A stretch of DNA of 59,225 bases from an uncultured Pseudomonadota bacterium (GCA_937862865.1 CALMFJ010000017.1:1-59225); one strand, 5' to 3'. Positions 12,019 to 23,575 are shown, counted from the first letter of the stretch. Translations and numbers: made by a program. The notes: generated by a model not told the origin, from the letters alone.

Positions 12019-13746
12019 TCATTGCGAAGGCTTGAACCTGTTGGTGATAGGCATCCGGCGGTCTTTTCCGAAGGCCTTCGGGGTGATCTTTATCCCGGGG
12101 GGGGACTGGCGCCGCTTGTATTCGCTCAAATCGACCATCCTGAGCACGCGGGCGATCTCCGCTGCGGGCAGAACGGGGAAATCACGGGCTGTCGGTTCCT
12201 TGTCCTCCTCCACATATCTTTTCAATATCTGATCGAGATGATCGTACGGCGGGAGGCTGTCGCTGTCTTTCTGGCCCGCTTTCAGTTCCGCCGTCGGTTC
12301 CTTGGTGAGGATCCTCTCCGGGATGACGGGCGCCTGCCCGTTCCGCCATGCGCATATCTCGTACACGATCGTCTTCGGGACATCCTTGATCACGGCAAAC
12401 CCCCCCGCCATGTCCCCGTAAAGCGTCGCGTATCCCACGCTCATTTCCGATTTGTTGCCGGTCGTCAGAACAAGATAGCCGAACTTGTTCGAAAGCGCCA
12501 TCAGGATATTGCCGCGTATACGCGCCTGCAGGTTCTCTTCCGTTATATCTTCCTTCATCCCCGCGAACAGGGTTTTCAGGTTCTCGAGATAACCCGCGAG
12601 AATGCCGTCTATGGGAATGTCGATGATGCGGGCCCCGAGATTGCCCGCGAGCTGATAGGCGTCTTCGCGGGACTCGCGCGACGTATACTTCGAAGGCATG
12701 AAAACGGTCGTGACGTTCTCCCCGCCCAGCGCATCGACGGCGAGCGCGGCGACAAGCGCCGAGTCGATGCCGCCCGACAGGCCGATGATGGTCCCCTTAA
12801 ACCCGTTCTTCCCGACATAATCGTGAAGGCCGAGCTTCAAGGCCTCGTATACCTCTTCGGCGGGATTGAGCCGGATGACAGGGTGTGTCCCGGCCGGCTT
12901 TTTCGGCTTTTTGTCCTTTAAGACGCCCGCGACATTCGTCACAAACGCACTATCCACTCCTGAAGACGAAGACCGTTTCACGAGGGCTTTTTCGTCAATA
13001 TCCATGATGAGGAGATCTTCCTCAAATGCCCGGCAACTGGCTGCGATGGTACCCGACCTGTCCATAACAAAGCTCTGGCCGTCAAAAACAAGCTCGTCCT
13101 GCCCGCCGACGAGGTTGGCATAGGCTACCCAGACATGATTTTCCCGGATCCTTTTCCGGACAATGTCTTCCCGGTCGTATATCTTGCCTCTGTGATACGG
13201 GGACGCGTTGATATTGAATATCAATCCCGCCCCCATCCGGGCCATCTCCGATATGGGCGGGCCTTTGAACCAGGTGTCCTCGCAGATAGCAACCCCGAAG
13301 ACAACGTTCCCGAAACGGAAAACGCGCGGCCGCTCTCCCGGGATAAAATACCGTTTCTCATCAAAGACGCCGTAGTTCGGGAGAAATCTTTTGCGGTAAA
13401 CACCCCGTATCCTGCGCTTGTAGATGACGGCGGCCGCGTTGTATATGCCGCGCACCGAGGAGTCGACAAAACCGATAACGACCACGGGCCCGTCTATCTT
13501 CGACGCAAGGTCCTTCACCGTTTTTATGTTGGCATCGATGAAACCCTTCTTGAGCAGAAGGTCCTCGGGAGGGTACCCTGTTATGACGAGTTCGGGAAAG
13601 GCGACAATATCGACATCGTTCTCGCGGGCCCTTTCTGCAAAGTCGAGGACCCTCGCGCTGTTGCCGGCGAGGTCGCCGACCGTGGCATTTACCTGGGCAA
13701 GGCCGATACGTAACGATCTTTTCATGCGGTCCCGTTTAGCATTCAA
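12019..13746 (-). CDS. nadE: glutamine-dependent NAD+ synthetase
   Basis: N-terminal CN-hydrolase (glutaminase) domain plus a C-terminal NAD synthetase with the PP-loop LSGGIDS. Alternative start at Met8. Confidence 0.9.
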   Translation of the reverse strand: MNAKRDRMKRSLRIGLAQVNATVGDLAGNSARVLDFAERARENDVDIVAFPELVITGYPPEDLLLKKGFIDANIKTVKDLASKIDGPVVVIGFVDSSVRGIYNAAAVIYKRRIRGVYRKRFLPNYGVFDEKRYFIPGERPRVFRFGNVVFGVAICEDTWFKGPPISEMARMGAGLIFNINASPYHRGKIYDREDIVRKRIRENHVWVAYANLVGGQDELVFDGQSFVMDRSGTIAASCRAFEEDLLIMDIDEKALVKRSSSSGVDSAFVTNVAGVLKDKKPKKPAGTHPVIRLNPAEEVYEALKLGLHDYVGKNGFKGTIIGLSGGIDSALVAALAVDALGGENVTTVFMPSKYTSRESREDAYQLAGNLGARIIDIPIDGILAGYLENLKTLFAGMKEDITEENLQARIRGNILMALSNKFGYLVLTTGNKSEMSVGYATLYGDMAGGFAVIKDVPKTIVYEICAWRNGQAPVIPERILTKEPTAELKAGQKDSDSLPPYDHLDQILKRYVEEDKEPTARDFPVLPAAEIARVLRMVDLSEYKRRQSPPGIKITPKAFGKDRRMPITNRFKPSQ

Positions 13747-14418
13747 CTAATATGTCCGTGTTTCAGGGTACAGGGTGTATTGTTTTCTGCGGACGCTCAG
13801 GATGCCCTTTTTGACAAGCAGGGTCATCATGCGGGAAACGGTCTCCCGGGAACAGCCGCATGAGTTGGCTATCTCTATTTGCGTGGGCCCTTTTTCTATA
13901 ATGATATAATCCTTCATTCTGATCCCGGTCCTCTGCGCGATATCGAGAAGGTATCTGAGAACACGCCCCTCGACGTTCAAAAATGCAAGCCATTTTATTC
14001 TCGTGTCGGCCGCACGCAGCCTGCCCGCCATCACCTTCAGGATATTGATCGAGATAGAGGGGTTCTCCATCAGGAGCCTCATGAAATCATTCCTCCTGAT
14101 GATAAGGAGGTCGCACGTCTCCATCGCAATAACGTTTGCTGAGCGCGGCAGTTCGTCAATGAGGGCAAGCTCCCCGAAGAACCCGTCCTTCCCGATCTCG
14201 TCAAGGACATACTCCCGGCCTTCCTCGTCATACAGGCTGATCTTTACCTTGCCGGAGAGGACGATGAACAGGGCGTTCCCTTCTTCGCCTTCCTGAAAAA
14301 TAAGCTGTCCCCGGTGATACGTGTTCATGTAGAGTATCCGGGAGATGGTCTCAAGGTCGTTGTCCTTGAGATTTGAAAAGAGGTGCACGCTCCGCAGGTT
14401 GTCCGCGTATCTTTTCAT
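13747..14418 (-). CDS. Crp/Fnr-family transcriptional regulator
   Basis: cNMP-binding barrel (FGELALIDELPRSA) and C-terminal HTH (IANSCGCSRETVSRMM). Confidence 0.85.
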   Translation of the reverse strand: MKRYADNLRSVHLFSNLKDNDLETISRILYMNTYHRGQLIFQEGEEGNALFIVLSGKVKISLYDEEGREYVLDEIGKDGFFGELALIDELPRSANVIAMETCDLLIIRRNDFMRLLMENPSISINILKVMAGRLRAADTRIKWLAFLNVEGRVLRYLLDIAQRTGIRMKDYIIIEKGPTQIEIANSCGCSRETVSRMMTLLVKKGILSVRRKQYTLYPETRTY

Positions 14419-14445
14419 CCTTCCGCCCTTTTTCAGGTCATCATA

Positions 14446-17079
14446 CTAATTGCCGATGAATTGTACAACGTTTTTGAGGGATTCCCGCACTTTGACACCC
14501 GGGACCCCGCCTTGCGCCGTGTTGGGGTTCCCTCCCCCCTTGCCTCCGTAATGAGCGGTGAGGTTCCTTATGATCTTGCCGGCACTGTAAGTCTTCTGGG
14601 CATCCTTACTGACCGATGCGACGATGAGCCCCTTGTCGTTCCCGGTTTCAGTTCCCACGACGACGATGCAGTCCCTGACCCGGGACCGTACGACATCCGT
14701 CACCTTCCTTAAGTCTTCCGCGCTCGCATTCTCCACGAAGAGGGTCACGACCCGGACGCCGCCGATATCGGGCGCCTCAGCGATGGCCCCGTCGACCCGG
14801 CCGGCAACGATGTCCTGCTTGAAATGCGCGAGCTCCTTCTCCCTCGATGCCAGGTCGTCGAGGAGCGACTCGACCCGCGACTCGACGCGGTCAAATTCTA
14901 TATTTGTCTTTCTGGCAATGGACCTCAAGGTCCCCTCGACCCTGCGCTTGTACGCCAGGGCCCCCATGCCCGTCGTTGCCTCGATCCTGCGCACACCCGA
15001 CGCGAGGGAACTCTCGCTCAGGATATAGAGGCTGCCTATCTGTCCCGTATTCCTGACATGCGTACCGCCGCAAAGCTCACGGGAAAAATCGCCGATCGAT
15101 ATGACACGGACCGTCTCCCCGTATTTCTCCTCGAAAAGCGCCGTCGCGCCTTCCCGTATTGCCTCTTCCCGGCTTTTGACGTTCACGATGACCGGGACGC
15201 AGTCCATTATCTTCTCGTTGACAATATCTTCAACCTGGCGTATCTCTTCGTCTTTCATCGCCTCGAAATGCGTGAAGTCGAAGCGCATACGGCCGGGCTC
15301 TACGAGAGAGCCCGACTGCTTCACGTGGTCACCGAGGACCTGCCGCAGGGCATACTGGAGGAGGTGCGTCGCCGTGTGATTGCGGGATGTGCCTTTCCTC
15401 TTTTCCTCGTCGACCGCAAGGGAAACGGCATCGCCGCGCCGCAGGGTGCCGGATTCCATGATCACCCTGTGCGCGAAGAGGTCTTCCTTGACCTTGGCGA
15501 CGCCTGTCACGCGCGCCAGCACGTTGCCCGACGTGATAATCACGGCCCCGGAATCGTCGATCTGCCCGCCGCTTTCGGCATAGAACGGAGTTTTTGTGAG
15601 AAAAAGCTCGCCCTCCTGGTCTTCCCCTATCTGCTCGACGATCTCATTGCCGACAAGGATCGCCTGAACGACACCCTCGTCCTGCAAGGTCTCATACCCG
15701 GTGAACACGCTGGACAGCCCCGTCTGCAATATCGCGAGGTGCCCCTCGTTCCACTCTTCGCCCTTGATCTGGGAACCCGTTTTCGAGCGCTCCTTCTGTT
15801 CGGCAAGGGCCTTCTCGAAGCCGTCCTTGTCTACGGCAAGCCCGTCCTCATCGGCCATATCGGTCGTGATGTCGACCGGGAACCCGTACGTATCGTAAAG
15901 CTTGTACACGAGGTCCCCCGGAATGGCCCTGTCGCCCCTGCTTTTAAGCCCCCGGGTAAACTCCTCGTAGAGTTTCATGCCCATTCCGAGCGTCTCGATG
16001 AACCTTTCCTCTTCACCCTTTATGACGCGCATTATGTACGCGTGGTTGTTCTTTATGTCGGGATACGCATCTTCCATGATGTCCACAACGTTCTTCGTCA
16101 GCTCGTTGAGGAACTCTTTCTGTATGCCGAGCTTCCTGCCGTACCTCAAGGCGCGCCGGATGATCCTTCGTAAGACATATCCCCTGCCGTCCTTCGACGG
16201 GAGGACGCCGTCGTTTATGATGAACGTGGCGCCGCGCGCATGGTCCGCGATGACGCGTATCGCTATGTCGTTCTTTTCGTTCTCGCCGTAGGCACAGCCT
16301 GCAATGTCCTCGATCCGCCGGATGATGGGCACGAAAAGGTCCGTCTCGTAGTTCCCGATCTTGCCCTGCATAATCGAGGTTATGCGCTCGAGCCCCATAC
16401 CGGTGTCTATGGACGGCCTGGGCAGCTTCTTCATCGACCCGTCGGCGCTCCTGTCAAATTCCATGAAAACGAGGTTCCATATCTCCAGGTAGCGGTCGCA
16501 GTCGCAGCCGACCTTGCATGCGGGCTGCCGGCAGCCGACCTCGGGACCGAGGTCGTAGAGGATCTCCGAACACGGGCCGCAGGGGCCCTCGTCGCCCATC
16601 GACCAGAAATTGTCCTTTTCGTCGAGCCGCACTATCCTGTCGGGCCTGACACCGGTCTTCTTCCAGAGTTCCTCGGCTTCGTCGTCTTCGCGGAATATGG
16701 TCACCCACATCTTCGATTCGTCGAGGCCGGCCTCTTTCGTCAGAAATTCCCACGCGTAGGCGATCGCGTCCTTCTTGAAGTAATCGCCGAACGAGAAGTT
16801 CCCCAGCATCTCGAAGAACGTATGGTGACGGAGGGTCTTGCCGATATTGTCGAGGTCGTTGTGCTTCCCGCCTGCGCGGACGCACTTCTGGCAGGACGTC
16901 GCCCTGTTGTACTGTCTTTTCTCCACGCCGAGGAAAAGGTTCTTGAACTGTACCATCCCCGCATTGACAAAAAGGAGCGTGGGGTCCTTTTCCGGCAACA
17001 AACCCGAACTGGGGACTATCGTATGGCTGTTCCGTTCAAAATACTCAAGGAACTTGCGTCTTAACTCTCGTGATGTCAC
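14446..17079 (-). CDS. alaS: alanine--tRNA ligase
   Basis: 877 aa, class II AlaRS core. Editing-domain HTATHLL and C-terminal DHHA1-like GGKGGG. Confidence 0.95.
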   Translation of the reverse strand: MTSRELRRKFLEYFERNSHTIVPSSGLLPEKDPTLLFVNAGMVQFKNLFLGVEKRQYNRATSCQKCVRAGGKHNDLDNIGKTLRHHTFFEMLGNFSFGDYFKKDAIAYAWEFLTKEAGLDESKMWVTIFREDDEAEELWKKTGVRPDRIVRLDEKDNFWSMGDEGPCGPCSEILYDLGPEVGCRQPACKVGCDCDRYLEIWNLVFMEFDRSADGSMKKLPRPSIDTGMGLERITSIMQGKIGNYETDLFVPIIRRIEDIAGCAYGENEKNDIAIRVIADHARGATFIINDGVLPSKDGRGYVLRRIIRRALRYGRKLGIQKEFLNELTKNVVDIMEDAYPDIKNNHAYIMRVIKGEEERFIETLGMGMKLYEEFTRGLKSRGDRAIPGDLVYKLYDTYGFPVDITTDMADEDGLAVDKDGFEKALAEQKERSKTGSQIKGEEWNEGHLAILQTGLSSVFTGYETLQDEGVVQAILVGNEIVEQIGEDQEGELFLTKTPFYAESGGQIDDSGAVIITSGNVLARVTGVAKVKEDLFAHRVIMESGTLRRGDAVSLAVDEEKRKGTSRNHTATHLLQYALRQVLGDHVKQSGSLVEPGRMRFDFTHFEAMKDEEIRQVEDIVNEKIMDCVPVIVNVKSREEAIREGATALFEEKYGETVRVISIGDFSRELCGGTHVRNTGQIGSLYILSESSLASGVRRIEATTGMGALAYKRRVEGTLRSIARKTNIEFDRVESRVESLLDDLASREKELAHFKQDIVAGRVDGAIAEAPDIGGVRVVTLFVENASAEDLRKVTDVVRSRVRDCIVVVGTETGNDKGLIVASVSKDAQKTYSAGKIIRNLTAHYGGKGGGNPNTAQGGVPGVKVRESLKNVVQFIGN

Positions 17080-18116
17080 TCGTCTCCCTTCTTGATCCCG
17101 GCCTGCTCACCGATCCTGCCTTCGATCTCCTTCATGGTCTCGGGATGCGTCTTCATGTATTCCTTGGCGTTTTCCCTTCCCTGGCCTATCCGTGCATCAT
17201 TGTACGAATACCAGGTCCCCGCTTTCTCGACGATGCCCATGTCGACTGCGAGGTCAATGACATCGCCTTCGCGTGATATCCCTTCACCGAATATGATGTC
17301 GAACTCCACTTCCCTGAAGGGTGGTGCCAGTTTGTTCTTTACTATTTTGACCCGTGTCCGGTTGCCGACCACTTCCTGGCCGTCCTTGATCGCCCCGGTG
17401 CGCCTGATATCGAGGCGCACCGAGGAATAGAACTTCAGGGCGTTCCCGCCGGTTGTCGTCTCGGGGTTCCCGAACATGATGCCGATCTTCTGGCGTATCT
17501 GGTTAATGAATATGACGGTCGTCATCGATTTGCTCGTGATCGCCGTGAGTTTCCGCAGGGCCTGCGACATGAGCCGCGCCTGAAGGCCCATGTGGGAATC
17601 GCCCATTTCCCCCTCGATCTCCGCCCTCGGGACGAGCGCTGCAACAGAGTCGACAACCACCACGTCCACGCCGCCGCTGCGGACGAGGATCTCCCCTATC
17701 TCGAGGGCCTGCTCGCCGGTGTCCGGCTGCGATATGAGAAGATCGTCTGTATTGACGCCGATCCTGCGTGCGTAACTGACGTCAAGCGCGTGCTCGGCAT
17801 CGATGAATGCCGCAATACCCCCCGTTTTCTGGATCTCGCTGACAACCTGCAGGGCGAGCGTCGTCTTGCCCGAGGCCTCCGGCCCGAAGATCTCGATGAC
17901 CCGCCCGCGGGGAAGGCCGCCGATCCCGAGCGCGAGGTCGAGCGCAAGAGAGCCCGTTGAAACGACAGGGACGGCCTCGAGGGCCCTCTCTCCCAGTTTC
18001 ATGATCGCGCCTTTTCCGAAGAGACGCTCGATCTGGGACACCGCCATATCGACTGCCTTTCCTTTGTTGCTCTCCTCTTTCAAGTCGCTGCCTCCCTTTG
18101 TTGTCTTCGGGTTCAT
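17076..18116 (-). CDS. recA: recombinase RecA
   Basis: Walker [10 protein letters not shown] and signature [14 protein letters not shown]. 4-nt overlap with the alaS start. Confidence 0.97.
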   Translation of the reverse strand: MNPKTTKGGSDLKEESNKGKAVDMAVSQIERLFGKGAIMKLGERALEAVPVVSTGSLALDLALGIGGLPRGRVIEIFGPEASGKTTLALQVVSEIQKTGGIAAFIDAEHALDVSYARRIGVNTDDLLISQPDTGEQALEIGEILVRSGGVDVVVVDSVAALVPRAEIEGEMGDSHMGLQARLMSQALRKLTAITSKSMTTVIFINQIRQKIGIMFGNPETTTGGNALKFYSSVRLDIRRTGAIKDGQEVVGNRTRVKIVKNKLAPPFREVEFDIIFGEGISREGDVIDLAVDMGIVEKAGTWYSYNDARIGQGRENAKEYMKTHPETMKEIEGRIGEQAGIKKGDE

Positions 18117-18161
18117 GTCTCTCCTTTTTTACGTCGTGCTCTTCCGCGTTGCCGCCCCGTC

Positions 18162-18716
18162 TTATGGCTGCGGGACGGCCTTAAAATGCACTGTGAAGAG
18201 GGGCTCGTATGTTGCACCCTCTCTTCCGAGAATGCTCTTGAAAAAAACTATTCGATCGATTGCGAACCGCGGGCATTCCAGACGAACGATGTCTCTTTCC
18301 AGAATGGGTGCCGGTATTTTCATCCTGCCAAAGGTAATATGGGGGGTGTACCCCCGTTTTTCTTCCTCGTAACCCAGGGCTGTGAGGCGGTCCACTATAT
18401 CATGGTATATCGAGCGGATGATGTCAACTCCTTCGTCGAGGGTAGCCACAATGACGCGCGGCCGCTTTTTGCCGGGAAAGGCATCGACCGCTTTTAGCGA
18501 TGCCATGACCTTTTCGTAAGGGCCGCAGCCTTTAAGAACATCCTGAATTTCTTCTACCTTTTCCTCCGATATTTCCCCGAAGAAATGGATCGTTATGTGC
18601 TGACCTTCCGGTTTGACCCATCGTACCCCCGGCATTGTCTTCGCCATCGCACGGGACACCCCGGCCAGGCACTCCTTGACGTCCGCCGGTATCTCAAAAG
18701 CAAGAAAGCATCTCAT
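18162..18716 (-). CDS. thpR: RNA 2',3'-cyclic phosphodiesterase (2H family, LigT/ThpR)
   Basis: 184 aa with two HxT motifs (HITIHF, HITFGR). Confidence 0.85.
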   Translation of the reverse strand: MRCFLAFEIPADVKECLAGVSRAMAKTMPGVRWVKPEGQHITIHFFGEISEEKVEEIQDVLKGCGPYEKVMASLKAVDAFPGKKRPRVIVATLDEGVDIIRSIYHDIVDRLTALGYEEEKRGYTPHITFGRMKIPAPILERDIVRLECPRFAIDRIVFFKSILGREGATYEPLFTVHFKAVPQP

Positions 18717-19198
18717 AAGCTCCCCGACGTTTCTTCCGTTGCATCAAGCACGAACCTCAGCGCCTCCTCGACCGCCTGTCTTCGGATCCGGTGGCGTGTT
18801 CCGGAAAAAAGAAAAGTACGGACCGAGGTCTTCCCTTCCCGGGCAACAGCCATGTACACGGTGCCCACAGGCTTATCGGGTGTGCCCCCGGTCGGCCCGG
18901 CGATACCGGTGATGGCAACGGACATATCCGTACCCAGTTTTTCGCGGGCCCCCTCGGCCATCGCGCGGGCCGTCTCGCTGCTTACCGCCCCGTGTTTTGC
19001 GATCAATTCTTCCGGTACCCCGATAAGGCGCGTCTTGGCCGCGTTGCTGTACGTGACAAAACCGCCTTCAAAGCAGGCAGATGCCCCCGGCACGCTCGTG
19101 ATGCGCTCCGCAACGAACCCTCCCGTACAGGATTCGGCGGCGCACAGGCTGAGCGAGTGTCTGGTAAGCCGTCTGACGATAGTTGTTTCTGCTTTCAT
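18713..19198 (-). CDS. pncC: CinA C-terminal domain protein / nicotinamide-nucleotide amidohydrolase
   Basis: 161 aa; AESCTGG motif; lacks the N-terminal MoCF-type CinA domain. Confidence 0.8.
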   Translation of the reverse strand: MKAETTIVRRLTRHSLSLCAAESCTGGFVAERITSVPGASACFEGGFVTYSNAAKTRLIGVPEELIAKHGAVSSETARAMAEGAREKLGTDMSVAITGIAGPTGGTPDKPVGTVYMAVAREGKTSVRTFLFSGTRHRIRRQAVEEALRFVLDATEETSGSL

Positions 19199-19647
19199 AT
19201 CAACCTCGTTAAGGCAAGAAGGAGAATGTTTGCAAAGATCCCTGCCAGGACGTCGTCAGCCATCACTCCGTAGCCCCCTGGCAGCCTTTCCGCCCGGTTA
19301 ATCGGGAACGGCTTGGCAATGTCAAAGATGCGGAACAGGACAAAACCGATCAAAATATTGACCAGAGACGCCCTGTGCCCTGCCATCGCCACGCACATTC
19401 CGGCGAATTCGTCGATAACGATATGCCCGGGGTCCTTTCCCTCGTACCTCTCTGTGTTAACAGTGGCTGTACCGAATACGACGCAGAAGCCTGCAAAATA
19501 AAAACTGGTGAGGGCCCCCGGAAAAAAATAGATCAGGACGGCCGCAAAAACAGACGCGAACGTGCCGGGTGCGACGGGTATATATCCTGTGCAGAAACAT
19601 GTATTGAAGAACGACAGGGCCTTATCAATCGGTCTTCTTTTCACCAT
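19195..19647 (-). CDS. pgpA: phosphatidylglycerophosphatase A
   Basis: PgpA-family motifs [12 protein letters not shown] and [12 protein letters not shown] 19647 is preferred because the start at 19707 would overlap hisI by about 80 nt. Confidence 0.8.
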   Translation of the reverse strand: MVKRRPIDKALSFFNTCFCTGYIPVAPGTFASVFAAVLIYFFPGALTSFYFAGFCVVFGTATVNTERYEGKDPGHIVIDEFAGMCVAMAGHRASLVNILIGFVLFRIFDIAKPFPINRAERLPGGYGVMADDVLAGIFANILLLALTRLI

Positions 19648-20017
19648 ACACGTCTTTTTCGTCGAAGACCTTTGTCCCGACGATCTTCCATTCGTCGTCC
19701 CAGGCACGATAGAAACAGCTGAAATAGCCGGTATGGCAGGCCGCGACCTTTTGATCCACGAGCAAAAGGACCGTATCGTTGTCGCAGTCGATGCGGACCT
19801 CCTTTACCTCCTGCGTATGGCCGGAGCTTTCGCCTTTCAGCCACAGTTTCTGCCGTGAACGCGAGTAAAAGTGCGCCTTTTTCGTCTTTATCGTCAGGTC
19901 GAACGCTTCGTTGTTCATGTAGGCGACCATAAGCACTTCTCTTGTGTTCGCATCCTGCACAACCGCGGGCATAAGGCCCTTCTCATCCCATTTCAAGCCT
20001 TCCATGCTGGTCCTCAT
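19625..20017 (-). CDS. hisI: phosphoribosyl-AMP cyclohydrolase (monofunctional)
   Basis: 130 aa; WLKGESSGH and [11 protein letters not shown] motifs. Confidence 0.92.
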   Translation of the reverse strand: MRTSMEGLKWDEKGLMPAVVQDANTREVLMVAYMNNEAFDLTIKTKKAHFYSRSRQKLWLKGESSGHTQEVKEVRIDCDNDTVLLLVDQKVAACHTGYFSCFYRAWDDEWKIVGTKVFDEKDVYGEKKTD

Positions 20018-20039
20018 CTATTCAGAGTATGTCCAGGCC

Positions 20040-20801
20040 CTACAGCCTGACATTAACGCCGCGCTCCTGAAGATACCTCTTGGCGTCGACGACGGTAAAT
20101 TCCCGGTAATGAAATATCGATGCGGCAAGAACAGCGTCGGCCTTCCCGAGGGCGAGCCCGTCGTACAGGTGCTCAAGCGTCCCCACCCCACCGGACGCAA
20201 TGACGGGAATATTGACGGTCTCCGCAATTGTCCGGGTCAGCTCGATGTCGAAGCCGATCTTTGTGCCGTCCCGGTCCATGCTGGTGAGCAGTATCTCCCC
20301 CGCGCCGAGCTCTTCAGCCCTTTTTGCCCAGCCTATCGCATCGATGCCCGTTCCCTTGCGGCCTCCATACGTGTAAACCTCGAAACCGTTCCCCGTCGCG
20401 GTCCGCTTGGCATCGATCGCCACACAGATGCACTGGCTTCCGAAAATATCGCTCGCCTCCCCGATAAATTCCGGGTTCTCGACCGCAGTTGTATTGACGG
20501 TGACCTTGTCGGCCCCCGCCCGGAGAATGTCCCGGATGTCATCGATGGAGCGTATGCCCCCGCCGACCGTAAGCGGCATGAACACCTCGTGCGAGACCCG
20601 TTCGACCACATCGATGATGGTCCGTCTCTTCTCATGGGAGGCGGTGATATCGAGGAAACACAGCTCGTCCGCAAGCTGCTCTTCATATGCCTTGGCATTT
20701 TCGACGGGGTCGCCCGCATCTTTGAGCTCGAGGAAATTGGTTCCCTTGACAACCCTGCCCTCCCGGACGTCGAGGCACGGTATTATTCTCTTAGCCAGCA
20801 T
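20040..20801 (-). CDS. hisF: imidazole glycerol phosphate synthase cyclase subunit
   Basis: [14 protein letters not shown] and ASGGVG motifs. Confidence 0.95.
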   Translation of the reverse strand: MLAKRIIPCLDVREGRVVKGTNFLELKDAGDPVENAKAYEEQLADELCFLDITASHEKRRTIIDVVERVSHEVFMPLTVGGGIRSIDDIRDILRAGADKVTVNTTAVENPEFIGEASDIFGSQCICVAIDAKRTATGNGFEVYTYGGRKGTGIDAIGWAKRAEELGAGEILLTSMDRDGTKIGFDIELTRTIAETVNIPVIASGGVGTLEHLYDGLALGKADAVLAASIFHYREFTVVDAKRYLQERGVNVRL

Positions 20802-21498
20802 AGCCCATCGCCTCTTCGATACCGATGAACCCCTCGTAGAAGGCTTTGCCTATTATCGCAGCCCAGACGTCCATTTCTTTAAGCAGACGGACATCGTCTA
20901 TCTTCGATACCCCGCCCGATGCTATAAGGGGGAGCCTCGTCATTTCTGAAAGTCTTTGAAGCCCTTCGAGGTCTGGTCCGGTGAGCATCCCGTCCCGTTC
21001 GATGCTCGTGCAGAGCACGGCCATGATGCCGATGCGTTCCGCATCCCTGAGAAGTGAGGGGACGTCGCGGTCCACCGCGCTCTTCCATCCCCTGGCCATG
21101 GGCCTGCCGTCCAGAAGATCGAGGCCGAACACTATATTCTTGAATGCGGAGAGTTTATCGAGAAATTCCGGGTCCTCGAGGGCCCTCGTCCCGACTATGA
21201 CCCCGTCGATCCCCATATCGCCGTAGTATGTGATGACCTCTTCGGTGCGGATACCCCCGCCGACTTCCATGTAGCCTTTGACGATGCCGCGGATCTCACG
21301 GATGATCTCCCCGTGAGCAGGCGTACCCGTCCGTGCGCCGTCGAGATCAATGATATGGAAATCCCGCGCCCCCCGGCGGACCATGTCGCGAATCATCCCG
21401 GGAGGATCGTCGGAATAGACGGTTACCTCGTGAAAATCACCCTTCCTGAGACGAACAGTCCTGCCGCCCATCAGGTCCATCGCGAAAAGCGGTTTCAC
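20791..21498 (-). CDS. hisA: ProFAR isomerase
   Basis: [18 protein letters not shown] and ASGGVS motifs. Confidence 0.92.
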   Translation of the reverse strand: MKPLFAMDLMGGRTVRLRKGDFHEVTVYSDDPPGMIRDMVRRGARDFHIIDLDGARTGTPAHGEIIREIRGIVKGYMEVGGGIRTEEVITYYGDMGIDGVIVGTRALEDPEFLDKLSAFKNIVFGLDLLDGRPMARGWKSAVDRDVPSLLRDAERIGIMAVLCTSIERDGMLTGPDLEGLQRLSEMTRLPLIASGGVSKIDDVRLLKEMDVWAAIIGKAFYEGFIGIEEAMGYAG

Positions 21499-22073
21499 TC
21501 GTCCGTCCCCGATGTCCCCTTCGGTTCAATTAAGAATTGATCGAGCCCGGCATTGATGCCTTCTTCTGCCAGTTCATCGGCCGTGACCCACTTCCCGCCC
21601 CTCTTCAGGAACTTGCCCATCGTGAGAACGTTCTGCATCAGGGCCTTCTGTTCCTCGGAATACTCGAAGACCCTGCCGAGGGCCCCGTCCTTCATGAGGT
21701 GCATGTGAAACGCGACAGAAGCAGGTTTTTCAACGGCAAAGTTGCCGCCTTTCCTTTCCTCAAAACGGTAAATGAGGATGTGGATGTACGGCTGGCCCTT
21801 TTTTATCCCGTCGAAATACCCCACATCCCGGTCGGTAAGTGCCGTCTTGAGCTTTTCCTTAACGACCGCCGGGGCATCGGTGTGGATGATACCGGGGGTG
21901 ATCGCACGGCCGCAGACGGGGCATCGGATCGAATTCGCATCCTTGATGCGTTCGACGACCATTCCAAGGTCCCCGAAACTGTAGGCGACCGGGACTGTAA
22001 AGGCAAGGGTGAGCGCCAATGCGAAGAAAACGGCGAAGAGGACCTTCTTCAGCCTGGAAATGTATTTGAACAT
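21495..22073 (-). CDS. hypothetical membrane-anchored/exported protein
   Basis: N-terminal hydrophobic segment VLFAVFFALALTLAFTV. No motif I recognise. The stop overlaps the hisA start (translational coupling). Start ambiguous between 22073 and 22112. Confidence 0.55.
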   Translation of the reverse strand: MFKYISRLKKVLFAVFFALALTLAFTVPVAYSFGDLGMVVERIKDANSIRCPVCGRAITPGIIHTDAPAVVKEKLKTALTDRDVGYFDGIKKGQPYIHILIYRFEERKGGNFAVEKPASVAFHMHLMKDGALGRVFEYSEEQKALMQNVLTMGKFLKRGGKWVTADELAEEGINAGLDQFLIEPKGTSGTDE

Positions 22074-22129
22074 AATTAATTTTATAAAAAAAACGGTATA
22101 AAGGAAAGACAAAAACGGTCAAATCCGTG

Positions 22130-22819
22130 TCAGATCATAAGATATTTTCGCTTTACCTCGTCGTTCGCCTCAAGTTCTGCCACCGTCCCTTCGAAACGGA
22201 TCCTGCCGTTGTCGATGACATAAGCGCGCGTGATCATTCTCAGCGCCGATCTGACGTTCTGTTCCGACAGAAGAATGCTGATCCCGGCATCCTTGAGTTT
22301 CATGATCTGCTGCTCGAGGTCACGCACGATAAGCGGCGCCAGTCCTTCGGTCGGTTCGTCGAGAAGAAGAAGTTCCGGGCTTCCCATCAATGCCCGCCCT
22401 ATGGTGAGCATCTGTTGCTCGCCGCCGCTCAAGTGCCCCGCCCGGCGCGACCGTATCTCCTTCAGAGCAGGAAAGATCGCGTAAACCCTGTCTTTGTCCC
22501 AATCCCTGCCGCGCTGGTGGACTATCTCCAGGTTGTCGTCGACGCTCAGGTCCGCAAAGACCCGCCTGTCATCCGGGACATACCCTATGCCCTGGCGGAA
22601 AGACAGAAAAGGTTTCTGCCCCGTTATGTCCTTGCCCTTGAGGCTGATCGTCCCTCTCTTCGGGGGCACGATACCCATGATGCTCTTCATGGTCGTGCTT
22701 TTGCCAGCACCGTTGCGGCCGAGCAGGCCGACCACCTCACCCGCCTTCACGTTGAGAGAAACGTCGAAAAGGATGTGGCTCAGCCCGTAATATGTATTTA
22801 TCCCGCCTACATCAAGCAT
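22130..22819 (-). CDS. livF: branched-chain amino acid (HAAT-family) ABC transporter ATP-binding protein
   Basis: Walker A GRNGAGKST and signature LSGGEQQML. Start at MLDVGGINTYYG; the ORF-track extension to 23017 overlaps livG. Confidence 0.88.
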   Translation of the reverse strand: MLDVGGINTYYGLSHILFDVSLNVKAGEVVGLLGRNGAGKSTTMKSIMGIVPPKRGTISLKGKDITGQKPFLSFRQGIGYVPDDRRVFADLSVDDNLEIVHQRGRDWDKDRVYAIFPALKEIRSRRAGHLSGGEQQMLTIGRALMGSPELLLLDEPTEGLAPLIVRDLEQQIMKLKDAGISILLSEQNVRSALRMITRAYVIDNGRIRFEGTVAELEANDEVKRKYLMI

Positions 22820-23574
22820 ACGTCGCTCCCGCCAAGATATGCGTCCTGCACCTCCTGGCAGCACCTGACCTCGTTGCACGTTCCCTGGATCACTGTGGAC
22901 CCGTGCACCATGACCATGATCCTGTCCGAAATGGAAAACACGATCTCCATGTCGTGTTCGCAGAAAAGGATGGTTATCCCCAGTTTTTCCTTGAGCTGCC
23001 TGATAAGATCGATACACCGCGATGTCTCTTCCGGCGACATGCCTGCCGTGGGCTCATCGAGTATCAGGAATTCAGGGTTCCCGCCGAGCGCGATGGCTAT
23101 CTCGAGCACCTTGCGTTCCCCGTGGGATAAGGCGGCGCTCGTGGCATCCCCTACATCCGTAAGGCCGACGTTCTCCAGTATCTTCTCCGTCTCAGCGACA
23201 GCAAATTTCGACGACGGAGCGAACAGGTTCCACGTCTTCTTCTGCCGCGACAGCACGGACACCTGGACATTCTCGAAAACGCTCAGGCGGGGGAACACGT
23301 TGACCACCTGGAACGAGCGCGATATTCCCCTGCGGCACACCTGGTAGGGCTTGAGCCCCGTTATGTCCTTCCCCCTGAACACAACCTTTCCGCCGTCGGG
23401 CCGTATGACCCCGGTTATCAGGTTGAAAAGCGTGGTCTTTCCGGCGCCGTTCGGGCCGATAACCGCCACCACCTCGCCGTCCTTGACGGACAGGCTGGCA
23501 TTATTGACGGCCTTGAAGCCGTCGAATGATTTCGATAAGGCTGTTACTTCCAGCACGAGAAACTCCTTGAACAC
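22807..23574 (-). CDS. livG: HAAT-family ABC transporter ATP-binding protein
   Basis: Walker A GPNGAGKTT and signature LSHGERKVLEIA. Confidence 0.9.
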   Translation of the reverse strand: MFKEFLVLEVTALSKSFDGFKAVNNASLSVKDGEVVAVIGPNGAGKTTLFNLITGVIRPDGGKVVFRGKDITGLKPYQVCRRGISRSFQVVNVFPRLSVFENVQVSVLSRQKKTWNLFAPSSKFAVAETEKILENVGLTDVGDATSAALSHGERKVLEIAIALGGNPEFLILDEPTAGMSPEETSRCIDLIRQLKEKLGITILFCEHDMEIVFSISDRIMVMVHGSTVIQGTCNEVRCCQEVQDAYLGGSDVCLM

Positions 23575-23575
23575 A

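Noticed and set aside
14824-16173. 449-aa plus-strand ORF. Similar long antisense ORFs occur at 22127-23347, 52321-53394, 54014-55165, 7498-8403 and 4035-4769.
   Set aside because: All are antisense to genes with unambiguous conserved motifs (alaS, livF/G, recJ, pyrD/pyrK, carB, epmA). None has an RBS or recognisable domains.
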